The notes beneath the pieces were generated by a model, which saw only the letters and a program-made list of their open reading frames with translations, did no database searches and had not been told where the DNA came from. From Lama guanicoe (taxonomy: Eukaryota): a stretch of 64,000 bases of DNA. This document shows, piece by piece, positions 58,115-64,000 of this stretch; position 1 is the stretch's first letter, and every line of letters begins with the position of its first letter. The position numbers were made by a program, and so were the translations under genes. The stretch lies in assembly GCA_013239625.1 (NCBI GenBank), contig MU053873.1, positions 2,804,524 to 2,868,523 of the forward strand, written 5' to 3'.

Positions 58115-60767
58115 CAAGGTTGGCTTTTACCTCAATGATCAGTATCACTCAGGTGCCCAGAAGTGGAAAGCTGGTGCACTCCCACTGGGTCACTGGAGGA
58201 GGGTCTAGTTAAGGGAGTGGGCGGACTTTAAGGAAACCTCTAGGATGGTGCAGTACCCAGAGCCAGTGACAGGGGGAGCTGTTACACACCCCACCCAAGC
58301 CTGAAAGAACAAGGGAGAGTGGTTACCAGAATCTGGCGATACCCTGTTGAGAGAGGGCTGTACTCTTTCCATAAGGGACCTAGTCAGCCCGTGGGACCCC
58401 ACACAGAGGAAGCTGGGAGGAGTGACCTCACTGTCTAACCGCATTCTTATCTCCTCTGCGGCCACCAACTGGACACCGGAAGGGAGGGAGCCCATTGATG
58501 GAAACCACACAGGTCAGCCTCCTCAGGGGAGGGAACAAGAGAAAGCCAGAGAGTGGATCTGGAGGGGCAAAAGGAAAAACACCCGGTTCGTCCTCCCAGG
58601 ACGTGGGAAAAGGAAATCGCATCTCTATGTGGACGAGGGGCCAGACTCAGACGTGGTGTCTGCTGACAATGGCAATCACCCAACATCTCCAACTTCAGGG
58701 CAGAATAACCTCCTGGTTTCAGGAAGCCCGGGGACCCGAGCAAAGAAAAACTTCAGGATCTGGTTGTGAAGATAAGCTATTTGGTTGCGGACTCAGACCT
58801 GCCAAGATGGAGCCAGAGGCATCTTTGATTGGTCAGGAGTCCCTCGAGAGATGGCCCTGATCTGCTGTTACTGGAATTTGCAACTCCTGTGAAAAGTTGC
58901 CCGGGGCATGACTCACCCAGCTGATGTCCAAACCACTGCTCTCCATCCCGTCCCCTCAGTCTCCTCCCACTTTCTGCAGCTGCAACCCGAGAGGCGCTTG
59001 CTCCCTCCAGGGAGGGGCCCCGGGACCTGGCGCTGGCTTCCTTGCCTGGCCAGCTGCCTTTGCACACTGCAGGTAGCCGGAATTTCCTGGATCCCAGGGA
59101 AAGAGAAGCAAGTTGGAAGAGATCAGACAGAAGTCTCAGCCTCACCGGTCACATTCCTAGAGGGAGGAGGTGAGTCCCGCGGAGCTACAACACGAAATCA
59201 CCTGGATCACCATTACAAGCTCTGGCTCAGTACATGAACTGAGGACAGCTCCACCGAGCTGAATCTTCTTTGCATTTCTGATTAACTAATCTGGTTTTCA
59301 CACACCTGGGAATTTGCAACAGCCTGAGCCACATGCATTAGGGTTTAGTTCAAGTGTTTTTTTTTTGTTTTGGGGGGTGTTTTTTTTGCAAGCTTCCTTT
59401 TCGTTGTCTTTTAGTCTGCATTTCCTCCTTGCTCCTACCTGTCTAAGGTAGTAACTTAACCCTGCCGGATTCTATCCAGCTGATTCGGCGGTGGCGTGGG
59501 AGGGTGGTCGGGTCACGATGTGATTATCATAAACCCAACCTGCTCGTTGACACATCTGCCCTACCTAGGACTGAAGGGTGGTGTACTCAAAGTTCCTCTG
59601 AGACTTTAGCTGGCAAAGTTGTCACGATCTCTGTTAACCTGAGATGCACTGTTCAGAATGTCTTCTTTTACAAACTCACACTTCACTTGGTGGAAGAAAG
59701 CAAACAGCTTGAGACTCGGATCCAGATTTGAATCCCATCTCCAACCATCACTGGCTGGGTGGCCTTAGACACGGGTTACCTAAGCTCTCTGAGCCTCAGT
59801 TGTCCACCTGTCAAAATGGGCTTAATACCAAGCTCACAGCATTGCTGTAAGGAGCACATGGGATGACACGAATCACATAGGCTGGTTTAGAGGTGATCAG
59901 ACATATTAGTGCCCTCCTGTTCCCAGCCTCCTTATTCACACACTTTTAACCCTTTAACATCCAAGCTGCTGACTTCAGGATCTTGCTTAACCACAAGAGG
60001 AGCTGGTGTGATCATGAAGGAGTTTCCTGCTGTTCACAGACTTCACCACTCCCGGCAGCTCCGGCCATCATCCAGCCCCTGTCAAGACTTCTGCAGCCTG
60101 CGTCCTACGGCGTGTGATGTTCAGAGCGCCTTGTTGATTTGGGAAGTTGGAAATTCAGAACAATGGAAGTACAGGAGGTGGGTGGGTGGAGGGTCACGGA
60201 ATGTGAGGGTGTGGAAGAGACCTGGGGGGCCATGAGGAGCTGTGAAAAACTGCAGAACTGCTGAGAATGGCAGGGAGTGCAAACTGAGCAACCCTAATGA
60301 GGCTGGGCGGCGGGTGCTGGAGGGATTCGCCTGGCACACACGAAGCCCGCAATATCGGTGAATGAATGAATTTGGAGGGTAAGGAAGAGCTGGAGGAAAG
60401 GGCACACCAGCCAGTGGGCGCCAGGGCACTCAGAAGGATTGGGTTTCTGCTCAAATGCCACGTATCAGAGAGGACCTCTGATGTCCTATGTCACTCGTTC
60501 AGTCCTCTCCAGCCACTGTCCTGCCTGGCTCCCCCGAAATGCTTATCACCATATTCCATATTTATTGTATATTTATTAGTTGCTTGGCTCCTCTGCTTGT
60601 ATATAAACTCCTGAAGGGTGGGGACCTGGTCCCTTCCATTCTCTCCTGCATCTCAAGTGCCTAGAACAGAGCCTGGCACACAGCAGAGACTAAGTGCACA
60701 AATTTGAATAAGTTATTGAATACAGGAGAGCGATTCCAGGGATGGGAGGACCCAGGAGAAGGACTGG

Positions 60768-60947
60768 CCATGGTTCTCAAACTTAGGATGCCTCAGGATC
60801 ACCTGGGGCTGAGTTAAAATGCAGACCATCCAGCCCCACTCCTGACCAGCTGAATCGGAGGCTCCGGGTGGGACCTGGGGAGGGGTCCGCTTTGCCAGCT
60901 GCCCAGGCGGTTCTGGTGCAGATGTTTTGAGGACCACACTGAGAAAC
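60768..60947. mobile_element. MER5-like hAT MITE
   Basis: catggttctcaaactt ... ggaccacactgagaaac; a similar fragment at ~36585-36750. Confidence 0.7.
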
Positions 60948-62604
60948 TCTGGAATTGCCTTAGAAACTGCTGGATTCCCCCGATCACTCTCCCTTTTGGA
61001 ATGGATTTCTCTTCCTTTATCTCAGAATCACTTTGTAATATCCAAGCATTGGATTTAACAGCTCTTTCCATCTTGATGTATCATCTTTGGGAAGCCCGCC
61101 CAGAATAACGTGATGAAAAGGAAGAGAGAACTTCCTCCAAACTGCTCCATCCCAAGACGATGCTCTTGGGCTCCCCAAACACCCCTTCCTGAGTGTTCCA
61201 CCTGCTTGCACACTGAAAATATTGTATTTACTAGCCTCCAGTCTCTTATTTCTCAGTGATCTTCTGTGCCTGAATTGCCCGGGTCAGAGAGTACTGTCCG
61301 AGGGCAGGGACAGCGCCTTTTCTTCTCCATCCTTCCCTTAGTGGCAACAGTCCAAGAGGAGGCTCCACTGATGCTCTTAACTCACTGGCCAATTAACAGC
61401 CCCAGCTGGGCGCTGCATCGCGCTTGCGACGTGGAAATGATGATGAGAGCAATGACAGTCAGAGCCTCTTGGATACGCAGCCTCCAAGAGCCTTCCCTTC
61501 GAGAAGATTGATGACTTGGTGGTAAGGGAAGAGGAATTTTCCTATTGTTATGTAACGTGCACTTTTTCTTCCTGACTCTTTGGCTTTCTCTGCTGCCCCA
61601 GTAACACTGTCTGTCCCTAAAGGAATTTATTCATTTAGCCTCAAGAAGTATGTGCCCGTGGGATGAGTGTTTAGGTGGACACGAAGCAATGGAACTTCGC
61701 AGGGAACCAACGAAGGGGCAGCCAACACTTTCATTTCTGCCGACTCACCTTACACTGAAAGCATAAATTGGCCAGACAGAAGACTCTTGCCCTCTGAGTT
61801 TGTGGAAATGTGATTTTACTTCTGGGCCCAGTGCTCATGATAAAAGCAGTGGTGGAAAAACATGAAAGTCAGAACCACCATACCTGACTGGCAGCTGCGG
61901 CTGGTGGTGATGGTGAGTGAGGTGGTGGTGGTGTGAGTGTTGGTGCGTGCCTGCATGTGTTGCAGCAAAACAGTGTCATCTTTTATGAAAATGCTTCTGA
62001 CCCTTCCTCCTAGCTCCAAGCCAAAAATTCCTCCTGTTTTGACAGTTTCCACTGCCAGCCGCACCATTCTCCAAACAAGAGCCCTTGTTTTGAGTGCTAA
62101 ACGCCAACGTCGATTCCTTCCGCGCCCAAGTGCTTGCTAGATCCAGTAGCCTTGACTGCCACGGTCTCTCCCACAGGCATCTCTTTCTCAATCTCTTGGC
62201 TACCATAGCAATTCCGATTCGCGCAATTCCCCAGTCTGGGTCCCCTGCCCCCACTCATCCTACACATCACTGGCAGTTTAAAGTTTCTAAAGCAACTCCC
62301 TGGTTTCAAAGGCTCCCAGTTTACCCACTGAAAAGATATGCAGATCACTGGCTTAGTTGTCAAGACCTTCCAAGAGAGCGTCAACCTACCTGGCCCTGCT
62401 TATCCCCTCTACTCCGGCATTTTCCTGACTTTGGGTGTTTTCTCAGGCTGCCTCTGTGTCCAGGAATGCCTTCCTCGGGTATCATGTCTAAGGAAATCCT
62501 GTCCACTATTTCAGGTCTCACGAAGTAACTCCCGACGGGCGCTTCAGTTTTGCAAATCCTGAGTGCTCCAGGCACAGTGCTAAGTGTTGGGGATTACAAA
62601 AAAA

Positions 62605-62740
62605 TAAACTGAGACTATGAAAACGAATGTGTGTGTGTGTGTGTGTGTGCGCGCGTGCATGCCTGGGACATTGTGCTGTACGCTGGAAATTGACACATTG
62701 TAACTGACTGTACTTCAATAAAAAAAGAAAGAAATGAATA
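62605..62740 (+). mobile_element. L1 3'-tail fragment with (TG)n microsatellite
   Basis: gtacgctggaaattgacacattgtaactgactgtacttcaataaaaaaag, related to the tail at 19038. Confidence 0.65.
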
Positions 62741-63715
62741 AAGCATGGCTCTGGCTTCCAGCAGAGTTCACAGTTTACAAGGGCAGAGCAACGGGGGAGC
62801 ATTCAGTAAAGCTAACGGTTTCAATAATTCAGATTTCTGTGGAAGTACAGAGAAGGGGCACCTGACTTTGATGCTGGTGGTGGGGCAGGGATGGATGGTG
62901 GGAAGATAGGGACGCTGATACGGAGGAAGGGATATGTGGGCAGGCAGTGAAGATGGGAGGGCAGGGCAGGAGCCAAAGATGGAGACGGAAAAGTTCAAGG
63001 GACTGTGGAGAAGCACAGCCGTATGCTCTGTCACACGGGGTATCTGTGGACAGGCTGTGCAGAAACGCTGGGCCACAGACCAGTTCACTGACGAGAGGGA
63101 GAGAGAGGAGTTTTCTCCTGGCTCTTGACGCTCATTGCTCAGTTTATTCCGCAGACCATTAAGTCCCTACACTTACCCAGCCCTTCTGGGAAGCTGTGGG
63201 GGAGGTCGGATCCCAGGTCCTGCTGGGAGGAGCTTCATCCAGGTCTAGCCATGATGGGAGGAGCAGAGTCTCCCCAAACCTGGGTTCCAGGGCTGCCGTG
63301 GCTCCTACCATGGCAGGTGCAGTAGACCTTGTGCCTGACCCCAGCCTCACTCTACGGGAGGCAAGGAAGCTGGCAGTGGAGGCTTCAGCTGTGGTGATGG
63401 TGGCTGGGATTTCCAAGAAGCAGAGCATCAACTGTCAGTGAACTTCTCAGATATGTCTTCCCACGATATCTGGCTTCCAGACTCTATCAGTTGGCCTCAG
63501 TTTTTGGAAACCAAGACTAAGACATGGAGGGTAGATTTGAAGAGGGCAAGTGTGGGAGCAGACAGATTAGCTAGGATGCTACTGTGCTAGTCTTAGCAAC
63601 AGATGATAAGCATCGCAACTAGGATAGGGGTAGTGGTGACAGGAGAAAAAGAACCTGATGGATATTTGGGAGACAAAATGAACAAGATTGGGTGATTGGT
63701 GGATATGGGGATGCC

Positions 63716-64000
63716 TCTGTCTGCATTGTGTTCCTCCACCAAATTCATATGTTGAAATCTTACCCCCCAACATGATGGTATTTGGAGGTGGGAGTCTTTG
63801 GGAGGCAATTAGATTTAGATGAGGTCATGAGGGTGGGACCCTCATGATGGGATTAGTGCCCTTATACGAGGAGACACCAGAGAGTTCTCTCCCTCTCTCT
63901 GTGCCAAGTGAGAATAGAGCAAGAAAGTGGCCATCTGGACGTCAGGAAGAGAACTCTCACTGGAATCTGACCATGCTGGCACTCTGATCTGGGACTTCCA
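63716..64000 (+). mobile_element. MaLR LTR (MLT1A/MST-like), cut by the window edge
   Basis: aaattcatatgttgaaatcttacccccaacatgatggtatttggaggtggg ... ctgaccatgctggcactctgatctgggacttcca. Confidence 0.8.

Noticed and set aside
51500..64000. An additional gene upstream of ASPHD2
   Set aside because: No ORF with a recognisable domain and no consistent exon chain; the region is dominated by L1, MIR, hAT and LTR relics. A lncRNA or enhancer cannot be excluded from sequence alone.

Overview
Mammalian genomic DNA, very probably camelid (alpaca/camel/llama), judged from short tRNA-derived SINEs and L1 tails recognised from memory. It holds the SRRD-HPS4-ASPHD2 neighbourhood, in the gene order I recall from human chr22q12. 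(1) The first two coding exons of SRRD lie on the minus strand; the rest of the gene runs off the left edge. (2) SRRD shares a compact CpG-island bidirectional promoter with HPS4, which is complete on the plus strand: 13 coding exons, 2157 nt, 718 aa, all GT-AG and phase-consistent. (3) ASPHD2 lies convergently on the minus strand: 3 coding exons, 1032 nt, 343 aa, with a 241-nt assembly gap in its promoter CpG island. The remainder is intronic or intergenic, with L1, MIR, LTR, hAT and SINE relics and a few tandem repeats. I found no convincing new biological system. The most interesting details are a chimeric L1 whose 3' UTR is replaced by non-L1 and LTR-like sequence ending in a poly(A) tail, a uORF whose stop directly abuts the HPS4 ATG, erosion of the human-type upstream ASPHD2 start plus uORFs, and a degenerate ~23-bp minisatellite upstream of ASPHD2. 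Comparisons with human proteins and repeat-family names are from recall, not database searches.
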